From: Aplysia californica | Lineage: Eukaryota | DNA length: 63,860 nucleotides | Direction: 5' to 3' | NCBI RefSeq assembly: GCF_000002075.1 | Contig: NW_004797283.1 | Span: forward strand, 2,386,170-2,450,029 | In this document: positions 12,491-25,575 of the stretch, in pieces | Layout of the letters: each line of letters starts with the position of its first letter | How positions within the stretch are numbered: the stretch's first letter is position 1 | The notes under the pieces: generated by a model | What the model saw: only the letters and a program-made list of their open reading frames with translations | Database searches by the model: none | Told to the model about the DNA's origin: nothing | Program-made: the position numbers and the translations under genes

Positions 12491-13576
12491 TTAAGTTTGT
12501 CCACTTGTAGTGTCCGGTTTGATAGTTTATTTTTGCCGCCTACAAAGCCTAGCATTATGTGAAGTGTAGAGCCGTACACATAGCCACAGGAGTATTTATG
12601 GTGTGACTATTGAGACATGAACACAATCCTGTGGAGGCTCAGCCCTGGCCTGGCTCCCCTAGTCATTTCTGGTAGAGATTGGTTTTCGGTGCCCTTAAAT
12701 GCTGATCACGCATTTCCCGGTCGAAGCAATTTTATGCAAACTGCAAGATGCATTTTGTCGAAAAAGAAAGAGAAGCATGTCATTCTCAAAAAGAAAAAGA
12801 CCCACAATGTACTGTAATTGCATTCATACTAGGGGAGGAGTTCTGCAGAGGGCTGACACTTACCGTGATAAGCTCTATTGAGCAAACTGTACAAGAGTTA
12901 AAGTTAGGGTTTGTGTTGTTTTTATTAAATTCATCTTCCAAAATTGTTTCATTCTTTCTTTTGTCCCTTCCAAAATACTGAACCCAACATTTTGTATCCC
13001 GTTCAAAATATCCCTTCTTTTGTGTGTTGTTGGTTGGCCGGCCCCGTGCGGAACTCCTTCCCTTGCTAGAGTAGAAGGACACAGCCATTTTTATTTAAGT
13101 CGGTATCGATATCCAGTACCTTTGGTGGGGCCAAACCCGGAGAATGTTGTTTTAATTTCACCTTAGATTAGGCTTGACTCACTTGATACTTTACAGTTAC
13201 ATCATGTGTGTCTATTCAACATAACTTAAGTTAGGTTTAGATTTTTATAAATGACACACCTTGCCCTCTGTCTCAACTGCTTCTCAAGAATTTCTGATCG
13301 CCAGTTTCAAGTCTTGTAATAGTTTCATCACAACTCATTGTAGTCTGCAATACAATTTTGGGCACACTATCTTACATTTTATTGTTTTGCTGAATGTACT
13401 GACTATTTTTGTTATGTGCTCTGGCTCTGCTAGAATTGGGAATGTGTTTTGAGCTAGAAGAAGCAAATGAGATTGGATAATCGGTATAATTCGGGGTTTG
13501 GCCTCAACGATAACTATGGAGTGTGGGTTTGGACTTCACCAATGATTACTTCAGGTTCTAAACGATTACTTTTCGA

Positions 13577-14210
13577 TAGGGCGGAGCAAGTACCCGGGGT
13601 ACCCGGGCAAAGAGCTCAAAACCGACGGGCACCCAAGTTTTGTTTTCCCCTGCGTTAAATAAATCCTATGCTAATTAATGCACTTAAATTACGTCCCTTT
13701 GTCCGAACCTTAATAAGTACTGGACACTTATCGATACTGAGCTCTCTTAGTCGATACAGTACAGTACTCGATCAATATTGGCCGCTGGCAGTTCTTTTAC
13801 ATAGTGAGCTTTGCAAGCGGGTCACCACACAACTTGAGGCTGAGGACATATATATATATTTTGTGGCAGCATCAACTATCCTCGACCGCTGTTTCAAACG
13901 ACTCCCTTTCAGGGAAGGCGCAATGAAAAAAATAGAAACTCTCCTTCTTTCAATGATTAGAGACAAACAAGGAGACAGACCAAATCAAACAGCAGGCTCT
14001 TCATCGGTTTCAGCTGCTGAAACAGAATCTCCGGCAAAACTTTTTTAAAAACCAACCCCTCACCCGAAAAAAAACAACCCCTCCCCTTAAAAAACCCCAA
14101 TGATAATTGAAATGTCGGGTACCCGACGGGTACTCTGGTATTTTTTTCATTACTCGGGTACCGGGATGGTATTACCTGGGCATCAAATTGTCAGTGTAAA
14201 CCCAGCCCTC
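13577..14210 (+). mobile_element. hAT-type non-autonomous element with transposase relic
   Basis: TAGGGC...GCCCTC termini, 8-bp TSD cttttcga/ctttttga, subterminal GTACCCG repeats. Internal peptide ASTILDRCFK resembles hAT A..LDPRFK. Confidence 0.7.
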
Positions 14211-15957
14211 CTTTTTGACCCATGTGCCAATATGTTGTTTGACGTGTGGCGAGCCATAGACATCAAACCAAACCCCCCATACATATTGGGTAAGGGGCCC
14301 CCCTGAAACTCCTCTTTGTTAAAAACAAAACAAGTGAAGTATTACTGCTCATTTTGTACTGAAAAATAGCAGCACATCTCTCACCTTTTTTGGATAAAAC
14401 ATCAATACTGAGTATTTAAGTAAGTATCGATATCCATACTCTTGGGGCCAAAACCTTAGAATGCGGGGTAAACCTGGGTCGAAATTTTTTTATTGGGAGT
14501 TCTCCTTTATGATATTTCCAGAACTTCTCCTTGTTATTACTGTAATTTAAGGTCTGTCGTTACTAATTTAGAATTATTTTGGTTGATTTATGACTTGCCC
14601 TTTTTTCTTCAGCAAAGTGTCACTCGTGCATTTCCATTACAAATCAGTCACACTGTATGCGCTGTGTTCAGACTTCATTTTGGTCGCTGAGGCTCTTTTT
14701 GAACTTTGACTTTTGAGCTTATTATTCTTTTATCCTTTTTAACATTTAATTTCACTCTCTGCTTTTTAACTTTTTTGTCCTGTAAACTTTGTTTTACCTG
14801 TGAACAATGATAATAAAATCAAAGCAAATGAAACCCTCGTGCCATGGTGTGGCTGGGGCCACAATAATATTCCTGTTGTTTTAAAAAAAGTGAATACGTT
14901 TTCTGTAAAGGGATGTCTTATCTAGTACTAGATCTAGTAGTGCCTCTGTGATAATTTTGAATTTGTTGAAGAAAACTTAAACCGAAAAAAATTTACAATT
15001 ATTGTCTTGTTTTCATTTGAATGGTGCCATGGAGGAGGAAAGTGGTCTCAGGCATTGCAAGCTTCTAATCTATACAAAAGACATATTTAGCTTTCCGACG
15101 TGACTGGGAGTACATTCTACTAGACAGAATGTTATTACCCTGTTTATTCATATTAATACCCTGATTTTGCGGGATGCAAAGGATTGTGGCAGCCAGTTGC
15201 GACTTGTTGTAACTCTTTCAAGATATAACTTTTTTTTAAAAAGAATGGAAGAGAACAAGGTTTATGTGGACCTTATTATAATATAACATCTTTAGGCTCT
15301 TTTAATTCTTGAATTGTTCCTTCCCCCCCCCCCCCTTGAAGTCAGGTTCAAATGTTTTAAAGACTGAGGCTGCTGTTCATTTCAACAAAATTACTAGCGG
15401 GCCCATTGCTTTAAAAAGGCATGATGGTACAAAAAGGGCTACAAGTATGTTATTTTCTAGAGAAGGTTTAAGGATACTACAGTTGTAACGCCCCTGGAGA
15501 AGTGTACAAGTTTACCTCACTCTAGAAGAGTGACTACTAAGATCTTTTTTTTTTTTTCTTTTCTGTTTGTTTGGCTTTATAACTGAATTGCCTTATTTTT
15601 AGAATATTTCCTCAGTGTTGCATCTATTCAGTCGTTGCCTGGTATTAAATCCGGAAGGATGCTCAATATAAATTGAGTTTACCATCACTAATTATATCTG
15701 GGCCTTTCAGTTAAAGTAACCCTGGCTCGTGATAGATTGGTTTTGTCTCTTTATTAACAATGAATTTTTGTTAGCAATTCACTGGATTGGAAAATTAACT
15801 CTAAAACAAAGAAGGAACTGAATATGCAGCATGCATTGTTTCCTTCATTTTTTGGTACAGAAAGCCATTAACACCCCAACCCACCCCCCCCCCCCCCCCA
15901 CCCCAACTTTTCCCTGAATTAAAAAAAGAATTAATTGAATACTTTTCTCATCCACAG

Positions 15958-17876
15958 ACAAGCAATGGAGAAGTATAAGCCAATTGCACCCCAGACGGTG
16001 CCTCAGTCTAGTGATGAAGCTCTTTCACAAACAGCCAACCAGACTCCTCAAGGGGCCCAACTCACCCCAGCTGTCACAACCAGTCATCCCCATTCGACCT
16101 CAGTTGGACAGCCGTTATTCGGGGCCGGTACTCCACCCATCACGGGAATTTACATACAGTTTGGTACTCAGCCATCTTCAGTTCCAGTGTTGCCCCCACA
16201 GATTGTTTCCAATCTGTCCAGCAGTATTTCCAACTTGACTACCTCATCCAGCAGCCGGCAACGCCCAGCTGTAAGCCTGCAGTCCAACGCCCTTGTAGGT
16301 GTGTCTCCAATCGCTACAGTGTCTGTAGCTGCAGCCCAGAAGACTCTGACCAAACAGGTCACTTCCCAATCAGTTAGTACGAAAACATCATCAAAGTCAA
16401 GCAAAGGTCGTGGTAGCAGTGTTTTGCCGCAAAAGGTTCCTCCCCAGTCTCCAGACGTGTTGTCTCATACCCTCAAGAGCTGTGGCATCATTCAGTCACC
16501 TGGGGTCAACTCACCTGGCCAAAATGTTGACTCCCCATTGGTGGATCGGCCAACTCTTACATCGACTCCAGTCTCGGTTGGCAGCTCCCACCCTAGACGA
16601 AAACATTCATCAGTGAGAAATTTGCACAACGAATTTGACAATGCTGCCTGTACAGTGGCTGATGATGCAAGTCTTTCGGAAGAAATGGATGACACACTTT
16701 GTGACTCGGTAAAAGAGAAAGGAGATGCCAATTCCCAGAACAGTGATGACATTGAGGAGGAATCAGAGTCTGGTCTCTATACAGACCCAACACTGTACGA
16801 TGAAGAGGAAGGTACAGGTCTCAGAGGCAAAGGATTTCTACAGGATGTGGGGAACGTTGAATTAAATGAGACTTTTATAGTACCTGCCAGTAAAAGTAAT
16901 ATTCTTCCTGGTATGCCCTTGAAGGGTTTACATCCAAAAGGTTCCCCCCAGGAAATGTCATCACCAAAAAGTTTGCCAATGGAAGATTTACAGACAGAAA
17001 GTTTGCCATTTAAGCATTTGCAGTCACAGAGTTCAGAGCAAATGGAGTCATCACAGACTCTTCCATCTTCCAAGTCTGCCAGACCATCTGCTAATGATGA
17101 CATTGAAATGATCCCACAGTCATTGAGCATTTCTAAGAAGGCTGCCGATGGGACCCATGAAGAAGGGATGCAAAATGTTGGGAGTATGAATGAGTCTGAA
17201 GAAAGCAGCTCTTTCACTCATGTTGATGAAAAGATGGATGTGCAGACAGACGGCCCAGTTACATTGCTGAGGTCAAAACCAAAGTCACTGTCACCGCCTC
17301 AGTCCAATAGCTTACTCGGTCATAAAGAGTTGGAAATGGCTTCAAAATTGTGTTCTGCTGGAGGATCTTTAGGGTCTGATACTGAAGGGAAAAAAGTTGT
17401 GGGCCCTGGAGCCACCTCTCCAAGTCGAGAGACTCATATATCAAGTGGGCCACAACATGCACTGAACAAACCATCAACTCCTAAGAAAACTCCTCGGAGG
17501 TGCCGAAGACGCATTGAAGCTCAGCTGAAGACCCCTCCGAAGCTACAAACAATCGCCCCAAAGGCACTCTCACCGAATCAAGCCAATGCCCCAGCATATG
17601 TTCCTCTGCCAAAGATCAGCCCAAAAAGGAAAGCTCTCAATCAACAAGTCCGGCATATTTTACCAAAGTCTTTCACGTTTGAGGTAAAGTCTCCCTCCCC
17701 AACAAAAGCAGCTGCCATGGTGCTGAGCAAGAAAGCCAAGCTGCATCAGCAACAGAAGAGTCCTGCAAAAATCCTGCCAATGCCTGAACCAGCCCCTACA
17801 GTGAACATAAAGGACCTGACTCCTTCTAAGGTAGTCACCCGATCCCAGAGGGGGCGCCCAAGGAGTATCACAATAG
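15958..17876 (+). CDS. GON4L: GON4L large low-complexity exon (S/P/T-rich, 1919 nt)
   Basis: Lies within the 661-aa ORF; cacag acceptor, G/gtatg donor, phases 2 and 1 fit. Confidence 0.9.
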
Positions 17877-18554
17877 GTATGGTTTTGCGTTGTAAAAGTA
17901 TTAACTTTTGTATTATTTAAAGGATGAAAATGAGGTTGCTTTATTGTTTCGAAAGTAAATTTTTTGCGTCAATTTTTATCGGTACTAAATTTGTCACTCT
18001 GAGACAAACTTGTAGAAATGTATTACACCTCAAACAACCCAAATTTAAGAATGACCTGTTGTGAATTGAGTCAACGTTATAAAATTTGAATTTTTTTGTT
18101 TGAGCCAGTCTTCATTTGATAGGTAATTATGAGAACCCAAAGTGATGCTGTACGGGTCTAATTTGCCACTTGGTACACGACTTGATGGTGTCATTTTTGG
18201 TATAAGCACCCTTGCTATAAGCGGACAAAGACTAGTTTGTATATCAGTATGATGACTAGACTTTCTGTATGAGCATAAAGGTCATGTCAGTTTTCTTGTC
18301 TTCTTGAATTTGGTGGTGTTCTTCTGTGGTAGGAGAGAGTATGATTTTGTTTTTATTTTTACCTTGAAATGACATGTTTCTTTTTTTTGGTCAATAAAAA
18401 TGAAAGTAAAAGTCTCACCAAGGCATTTTTGTGCAATAGTAAATTAAACGCTGAAGGCTTGAATTTGAATATATTTTTTAGCCTTATTATTGTGTTTACA
18501 ACAATTGTTATAAGTCTTTAATGAAAATGAACAAACTGATTTGTCTGTGTTCAG

Positions 18555-18795
18555 GGTGTCAGAAGACTCCTCCTGCCAAAAACAAATGTAAAACCAAAGC
18601 CACTGCACAATCATCACGAGATCTGAAAGAAGTTGAGGAGACAGTCTCTGGAAATGCCCCAAAACCTGTGTCTGGTGAGGCAGAGAAAACGGGGACATCA
18701 TCGTCACAAGATCAGCTTGATGCTGAGGGTGCTCTGAACAGTGACACAGAGGATGTGCACCTTGATGATCTCATGGCTGCGTGTACCACCATTGG
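18555..18795 (+). CDS. GON4L: GON4L exon (G)CQKTPPAK...DLMAACTTI
   Basis: ttcag acceptor, GG/gtcagt donor, phases 1 and 2 fit. Confidence 0.85.
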
Positions 18796-18850
18796 GTCAG
18801 TTATATTTTTGTATTGTTTGCAGTAGATAATGCAATATAAACATTTTTTG

Positions 18851-19025
18851 GTGGGTGGTTGGCGGGTGCTCTGGTGTGGTTTGCTTCTTCTTTCCTATCA
18901 AACATCTTTCGTCTTTATCTCCCCTTTTTCTTTTTTATGTTTGTTACTCTCTTGTAACTCCAATCTTCTGGAGCTCAAATGACCAGTTGCGACCGCTGTA
19001 AAACCTCTACTAAAACTAAACTAAA
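18851..19025 (+). mobile_element. SINE-like family A copy
   Basis: Consensus match, TSD aaacattttttg. Confidence 0.9.
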
Positions 19026-19300
19026 ACATTTTTTGTGACCGCTGTGTTCTCCAATCTGTTTGAAGCTGTCGTAATAAAATATTGTTTATAGCAGAGGCAG
19101 TGATATTCTTCAGTCACTTGATATTCAATACACGTCTATTCCACTTATGTTAAGGCACTCCAACATAGGTGCGAACACTCTTTTAAGGTTCTTTAATTTC
19201 ACACAATTATGCCAAGTTTTGATTTTTTAGGGGCATATATATATAAAAACTTAAGCTTTTTCCAGTATATAATTATATTTTTCTCCACACTGTCTCACAG

Positions 19301-19415
19301 GTACGACCCCAAGAAACTTGTTACTGCAGACTCTGACACTAAGACAAAAGCTCAAAAGAGGAAGGATGCTTTTATGGCCATTTTTGAGCCAGATATTGTG
19401 GATTCTGACCCTAAG
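19301..19415 (+). CDS. GON4L: GON4L exon YDPKKLV...IVDSDPK
   Basis: cacag/gtatg boundaries. Ends in the DP motif that precedes PAH1 in GON4L. Confidence 0.88.
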
Positions 19416-19808
19416 GTATGCTCATCATTTTTGTGCTGAGGAAATGCATAAAAGTTTGTATGGTGGTTTAGAAAATAGTCTTTCTTTCTTTAAACTGACT
19501 TTTGCACAGACTGCAAGTTTTTCAACACCTACATTCACCAACCTGAAAATGGGCTCATGGCATTTGGTAGAGAGAACATGCAGAACGCCGTTCATGGTCT
19601 GAAAGAGTCAGATTTCTTTTTGATGTATTATGGTGTCATCTGAGGCTTCTTTCAAAGGGAAAAGTTCCTATTCACCATCTCTTCAAGTGAAGAAATAACG
19701 TTTGCTCTTAAAATCTGTCGTGTAAGTTAATTTACTTTTCGTCACCATAAAGAAGATCAGCTTTTCAAAGCTCAAGGTGAATGTGTTGTACATGTTTGTT
19801 TCAAACAG

Positions 19809-19946
19809 AAAGATGAGCGTGACACGGCGTATGCCCAGCATTATTTCAACCGGGTCAAGTCTGCTCTGGAGGAAGACCAGGAGCATTTCCTCAAGTTTCT
19901 CACTCTCCTGCGAGATGTGAACAAAGACCACACCAACCCTGTGGAG
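19809..19946 (+). CDS. GON4L: GON4L exon, PAH1 N-half KDERDTAYAQHYFNRVKSALEEDQEHFLKFLTLLRDVNKDHTNPVE
   Basis: cag/gtgag, 138 nt, phase 0-0. Paired amphipathic helix signature A..Y..RV...L......FL.FL..L. Absent from the ORF track. Confidence 0.93.
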
Positions 19947-20680
19947 GTGAGTGCTTTTGTTTATACTTTCTTACTTTTTGTCTCTGGAGGGGGTTTTCTC
20001 CACAATGCCAGGGGCGTCATTTAATATGAAACCTGAGAGTGACTTACACATCACTAAATTGGTCATTAACACTTTGCAGTCACTCTGCCAGCAGTATGAA
20101 ATACCCCATCTGGTCACCCAGCCAGGAGAGCGGCTGCAACCGACTTCTTGGGCCTGGCACAGTACTGGAACGGATAAGTTTCAACGGTGCATTATTGCGC
20201 AAAGTGACCGCAAAGTGTTAAATCAAAACACATGAACCTATTTTGATTGTTCTTCATCTAATTAAAGAACTCCCAGTAAAAAAGACCTGTTATTGGCAAT
20301 TTTATCAAATTAATATAACGTCAATGTTATAAAGGAATGTGGCAGAGCCACTGCCATCAGATCACCTGTACAGCAGTTTTGACCACAAGCAGCTTAATAG
20401 TTAAAGTGACATTGTTGTTGGAGGCGTTATTCTGTTAAACCTACAGACCCTAGCTTGTGAGTCTAATTCTTCGCATTGGTTTGGTCCAAAAAAAATTTTT
20501 CTAAACTTCTCACAGTTGTCTGCTGGAGATCAGTGTGTACTCGGGTGAAAAATTACCATAGATGGGTGTTGTGTCAAAAAGATAATCTGTGCTTTTTGTT
20601 ATGATGTACAAGGTAAGACTGGGACTGACTGGTATTCTTTTCAAAAGTGGGTCTAAGATGGGTACACATTTAAAGAAATA

Positions 20681-20856
20681 CAGTGGAGTCCACTTAAACT
20701 GAAATTTGTGGGACTGCAGATTTTCTTCAGTTTATCTGGACTTTTGGTTTAGAGAGGCTGCTCAAATAGAAGAGAAAGAATCTGGGATTTTTATTTTCTT
20801 TCATTTCACTTCTGTTTTCGGATTGATCATATATTTGGTTTAAGCGGACTCCATTG
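20681..20856. mobile_element. Short Tc1/mariner-pogo type MITE
   Basis: TA|CAGTGGAGTCCACTTAAAC ... GTTTAAGCGGACTCCATTG|TA. Confidence 0.75.
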
Positions 20857-21074
20857 TATAATGCAACAGACTCAGTATAAAATGAGATCTAGGGAGGCTG
20901 TACAATGAGCAAAGTAAGCTTACTGCAGATTGGTGTTCTTATCCAAAGGTGATCTATAGTTTGTTGGCTTTTTTATTTGGCAGTATCAAGTTGATCCCCA
21001 TCACCTACCAAAATTATCAAAATGCCCATCAGTGGACATTATCGCCCAGATTATTAGCAAACACAGGTGACGGG

Positions 21075-21300
21075 CATCTGCGGTGTAGCAGTTACGTGCT
21101 TTTCTGTCTCACACAGGAGACCTGGGTTCAATTTCTAAGTGGGGAGAAATTATCAAGAGTTGTGGTCTTTCTGTTGGGATGTATCCCTCCTAGCCCAGAT
21201 CGGCCCTGACGGGCAGGGTGGGAATGCTTGCTTCCTAAATGATCTAAATTGTGCCGATGATGGTGTAAAAACACAAACTTAAAAAAAAAGAAAAAAAAAC
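21075..21300 (+). mobile_element. Degenerate tRNA-derived SINE
   Basis: A-box-like ggtgtagcagtt, B-box gggttcaatttc, A-rich tail. Confidence 0.5.
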
Positions 21301-22049
21301 AACATTGGTGTTGAGGGAGCAAAGTAAAGCTCTTCAGATTAGCATCCTGTCTAAGGGGTGATGTGTCCTGGAAAGCTTGGTGTCGGAAGTAACACTCTCA
21401 GAATTCTTTTAGTTTCATTGTTACACTTGCTGCGACTGCACTAGATCTAATCTTTAGGTATCAAATGGTAAGACAGACTTCTTTTGCTAGGACATATCTT
21501 TGAAAGCTTCTCGTGCAGGCTGTGCACTATTACAGTTACCCTTTTCCCTTGTTCTTATCAAATTGTGTCAATGGGGACATAAACCATTTACCACTGTTTT
21601 TATCATTTCAGTGCTATTTTTACCCCTCGTATCACCTTCTAGATTCATGTTACGTTAAGATTCACAGTGCACATAGTGTCATATTTAGAAAATTCATACA
21701 ATCTATCTCACTCTCAGTGCTGAGAAAAACAAAAGCATTTATACCAAGTGATGGGTCATTGATACCAAGTGATGTTATTCTCAGTAGAGAAATAAGAATA
21801 AAGGTTTGTAATTTAGCAGGGCTCAAATAAAGAAGCAAAACGCAAGCTATTTGAGCACTGGAGTTCCCCGTTACAATTTTATGGTGTGAATCCTGGACAT
21901 AATCCCTCAATGTCCCCATAAACAGTCTAGTATTTTTCTCACCGCTGCATGCATCCCTATAGAAGTCACCAACTGGCCCGATTCTCATTTTGTCATGTGC
22001 ATTTTGCCTTCATCATCTCAACAACACTGGCATGCAAACCTCAATGTGT

Positions 22050-22222
22050 ATGTGGTTTGGCAGGTGCTCTGTTGTGGTGTGCTCCTTCTTTCCTGTCAAA
22101 CATGTATCGTCCTCACCTCTCTTCCTTCTTTGTTTGTGTCTCTTGTAACACCTCTAATCTTCAGCAATTATATGACCTAATAGTGTTGCAAGTGCCTTAA
22201 AACTCTCATTAAAAACAAAACA
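22050..22222 (+). mobile_element. SINE-like family A copy (diverged)
   Basis: Consensus match. Confidence 0.8.
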
Positions 22223-22650
22223 GACATCATCAGTGTGCTGAGCCTTGTCATCTGTCAACTGTTTTTAGATCTTTATTTAAAAATGAGTGTTTTATATGTG
22301 ATGGGGGTCCAATCGCCTTAAACACTGAATAAACTTACTCACTTGAACTGTTTTTGGAACCCACCAATCTAAAACTTTTCTATTTCCCACCTCATTAAAG
22401 ACAGTTCTGTGAACTATTGAGTTTTAAAGATCTAGAACAACAGCATGTCATGAATTTCAAGCTTCTTGTCATCATGAATTTTTCAAAAATGTTCTGCATT
22501 TTTTCTGTGTTGGCGGACAGATGACAGCCTCTAATTTGCTCATCATGTAGATTTGTATGCCCCTCTTTAGATAAATTACACGAAGTCCAATGGTAAACCT
22601 TCACTTACATAAAACATTCTCTGCATGAACATAAACACTTTCAAGTTCTG

Positions 22651-22715
22651 CCTGAATGTCAGTGGGATTTTTCTCCTGCCCTGAATGTCAGTGGGATTTT
22701 TCTCCTGCCCTGAAT
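22651..22715. repeat. 29-bp tandem duplication
   Basis: cctgaatgtcagtgggatttttctcctgc twice plus a partial third copy. Confidence 0.9.
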
Positions 22716-24294
22716 TAAAGATCTAATCTTTTCTTTTGACCGATGTTGTATATCGGTGGCCATCTTTGTTGAAATGTAGTAAAATGGTTGCAATTTTTTT
22801 TGTTCATTTAAATGGTGCACGCAAATCAAGTGTTACCTGAACTGTACTAAGAACTTTTCAGAGAATTGTAAATATTAACTAGGTATTTAAATGTGGCTAT
22901 GTTCCTGTTATTTCTGGGACAGCCCTATGTATGAGAGACGGACTGTCTTTATGATTAAACCTGTTATGTAGCCCTCTCGGTTTGATACAGAAATTCTCCT
23001 GAAAGAGCCACAGACCAGCTCCTGAGAGGATTTTTGTTGCCATTAGGAAACCGTAAAATCATAAAAGGCTCCCGGTTTGCTGTTATTAAGCAGTAAATTA
23101 AGGAGTCTGAAGGGTCAACCAACCACTTTTCATTATATCATCCTGAAAGAGCTAGAAGGATTAATTGCCCTTGCAAGTGGAGAAAAGAGCAGAATGTTGA
23201 GCCCTTTAATAATAGTATCGAGGGATACCTCTTTTTATTTTTCCTTTGTCATGCTTGTGCCGTTTGGTTTTAAAAAAGATCTTGGTGTAACAGAAATCAT
23301 GTGTTGATCATGCACCAGATGGTGGGGACATTGAGTGCTGAATGAGTGCTTTATGCATGAAAATGAAAGAAAAAAGATTTGCTTGAACTTGGTCTTGAAG
23401 GTGACAAAAGCATAAAAAACTTTATTGGTCCCCTGCTTACTGACTCTTGCTTTCCCGCTATCTCTTGTTTGTATACTCCAACAGCAGATTTCAGCGCTGG
23501 TGAATGGTTATCAAAGTACATGTTTTTGTCATTTACAGATTCAAAATACCATTGATGATTATGAAAATGCTAAATATATGATTTGTTTGAAATTTGATAT
23601 TTGGTGGTACTTTTACAGCATCATACTCATCAACTATAATCTCATTTTACAGACTTGTTATCTTTTGGAACCGAATGAAATTATGAAATTATTATAAATT
23701 TTGTTAATAAGGTTTTGAAACGAATAGTTTTTAAAAAATGAAGACTGGTTGGTCAATGGAATTGTAAATGATTATAAATTTTGTTAAAAAGGTTTATTGT
23801 TTTTAAAAAGTGAATACTAGTTAGTCAGTGGAATGGCTTTTTTAGATTATTTGTTCTAGGGGGGTTTGTCTATTATGTGCAATGTACTGAACCTCTAGAT
23901 TGCTGGGTTTATACAGTATACATTCTTTTTAACTTTTTAAAGTCGTGAGTCAGGTTGTTAGTAATGTTAGACAATACTGACTAAATATAGCGTGGAACAA
24001 CCAAGAGGACAGAATGAACATATATAAAATTCTATTCTTCTGTATTTCGACTGCTCTGTGCAAGACTTTCTTTTCATTCTTCAATGTAGACCAAGTGCTC
24101 AGAAAAAATTGTTATGTTAGGAGGGTGAAAACCAAAAAGTCTGTGTTTTGTCTTTGTTAGTCATATGCTATGTTCATTGTGCATGTGAATGAAGATACAT
24201 GGGATTTGACTTATGAAAATATTGTTTACACTGCAGGACTGCTTTTTCAGCAAGTGTCATATTCTGTGAATATTTCCACTGCTGGACTTTGTTC

Positions 24295-24460
24295 GTGGGT
24301 GGTTGGTGGGTGCTCTGGTGTGGTTTGCTTCTTCTTTCCTATCAAACATCTATCGTCTTTACCTCTCCTTCTTCTTTTTTGTTTGTTACTGTCTTGTAAC
24401 GGCTCTTATCTTCTGGCGCTCATATGACCATATGCAGTTGCGAGTACTGAACTACCAAGA
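24295..24460 (+). mobile_element. SINE-like family A copy
   Basis: Consensus match. Confidence 0.9.
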
Positions 24461-24684
24461 CTTATCTAAAGATTGTTCTGTTGACATTACCTCATCAAAT
24501 ATCTGGACTGCTCTCTATCTTGAGTGTTCATTGCTTTTCTCTGTATAGAATTCCTCCTCCCCGTTCCAGTCTATCAACAAGACAGCTACTCATGAATTAC
24601 ATGTATACTTTTATGCTACTTTACAGTCACCCTGAGTATGGCTCTTCCTATCGTTCTCAGTACGTATACAATGTCACAGGAGTG

Positions 24685-24836
24685 AGGGGTTTTGGGGTTG
24701 CGTCCTTGGGAAAGGCACCCTACTCGAATTTCCCATTTCACTCAGTCCTTTTGGAGATAGACATTAAACTCGGAGGTCCCGCCTCTTAAAAAAATAACCT
24801 AATAGTGTTGATACGGGCCTTAGACCTATACCATTT
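24685..24836 (+). mobile_element. SINE family E fragment (paralog at 58090-58268)
   Basis: gtccttgggaaaggcac...gacRttaaact.ggaggtcc...taacctaata is shared with the 58 kb copy. Confidence 0.75.
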
Positions 24837-25054
24837 TCACGGTTGTTAACGAAGGAATGTTACCCGCCGTATCAAAATATGTCATTGGGGCATTTTGTGT
24901 GAAGGAGTATCACAAGCACTTTTAGCATTATGGTGAACGTTGGTTCAGGTAACCCTGATTCCAAAGTCCAGTAGAGCTTTCTTGAGTTAAAGTTGTTTTG
25001 TGTTTTTCATTGTTTTTTTAACTGCTTGCTGCTTGGCTCAGTCCTAGTAGACTT

Positions 25055-25575
25055 GTTTTTGTTTTTGGTGAGTGTTTTACTGCGCTCACAACTGCAGAAG
25101 GTCTTATGAGCACACAGGACGCATAAAATATTTTTAAGTTTGGTAGAAATTAATTTTGAATTTTTGCCCAGGTGGCGGCCGAAGCCTATTCTTATTGATT
25201 TTGGACCTCCAGGGGATCGTTGATGTGAGCAACTTGCATGCAGGACCTCCAAGATTTTTCGCTCTTCAAGAACGCTAGGTGTTAGATCTTACCTACTCTA
25301 AGAATAAGATCAGGGTTGTGGCTGAAAGACAGCAATACGAAGGAGCCATAGAGCAGCAGTAGAAAGGCTGCAGAAAGAGTCAGGAGCCCAGTGGGGGGGG
25401 GGGGGGGGCAGAAAGTGTGGACAAAAGCAGACGACAGAACATGGTTACAGAGCAGGAAAGGATGTGAAAGGAGAAAATTTTAGAGAAGAAAATTGTCCGT
25501 CGCTGTCAGGTTTCAAACCCGGGACCTATTGAATGAGAAGCGAACACCTTAACCTCTAGACAACTAGAACCTCCC
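25055..25575 (-). mobile_element. tRNA-headed SINE family C (Meta/MESC-like core)
   Basis: Reverse-complement homolog of 49105-49625. Confidence 0.85.

Larger units (their letters stand above)
11306..13145. mobile_element. Non-autonomous DNA element (TIR ccggttttggcccca / tggggccaaacccgg) with internal insertions; second copy about 13480-14470
   Basis: Blocks at 11310-11640 recur at 13485-13570 and 14220-14415; 13093-13145 recurs at 14414-14465. Confidence 0.6.

Noticed and set aside
16168-17477. Antisense and alternate-frame ORFs over the large GON4L exons and over the GPCR
   Set aside because: Shadow ORFs of real coding sequence with no independent signals.
18245-18330. Intronic C/D snoRNA candidate (ATGATGA box)
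   Set aside because: No suitably placed CTGA D box with a terminal stem was found.
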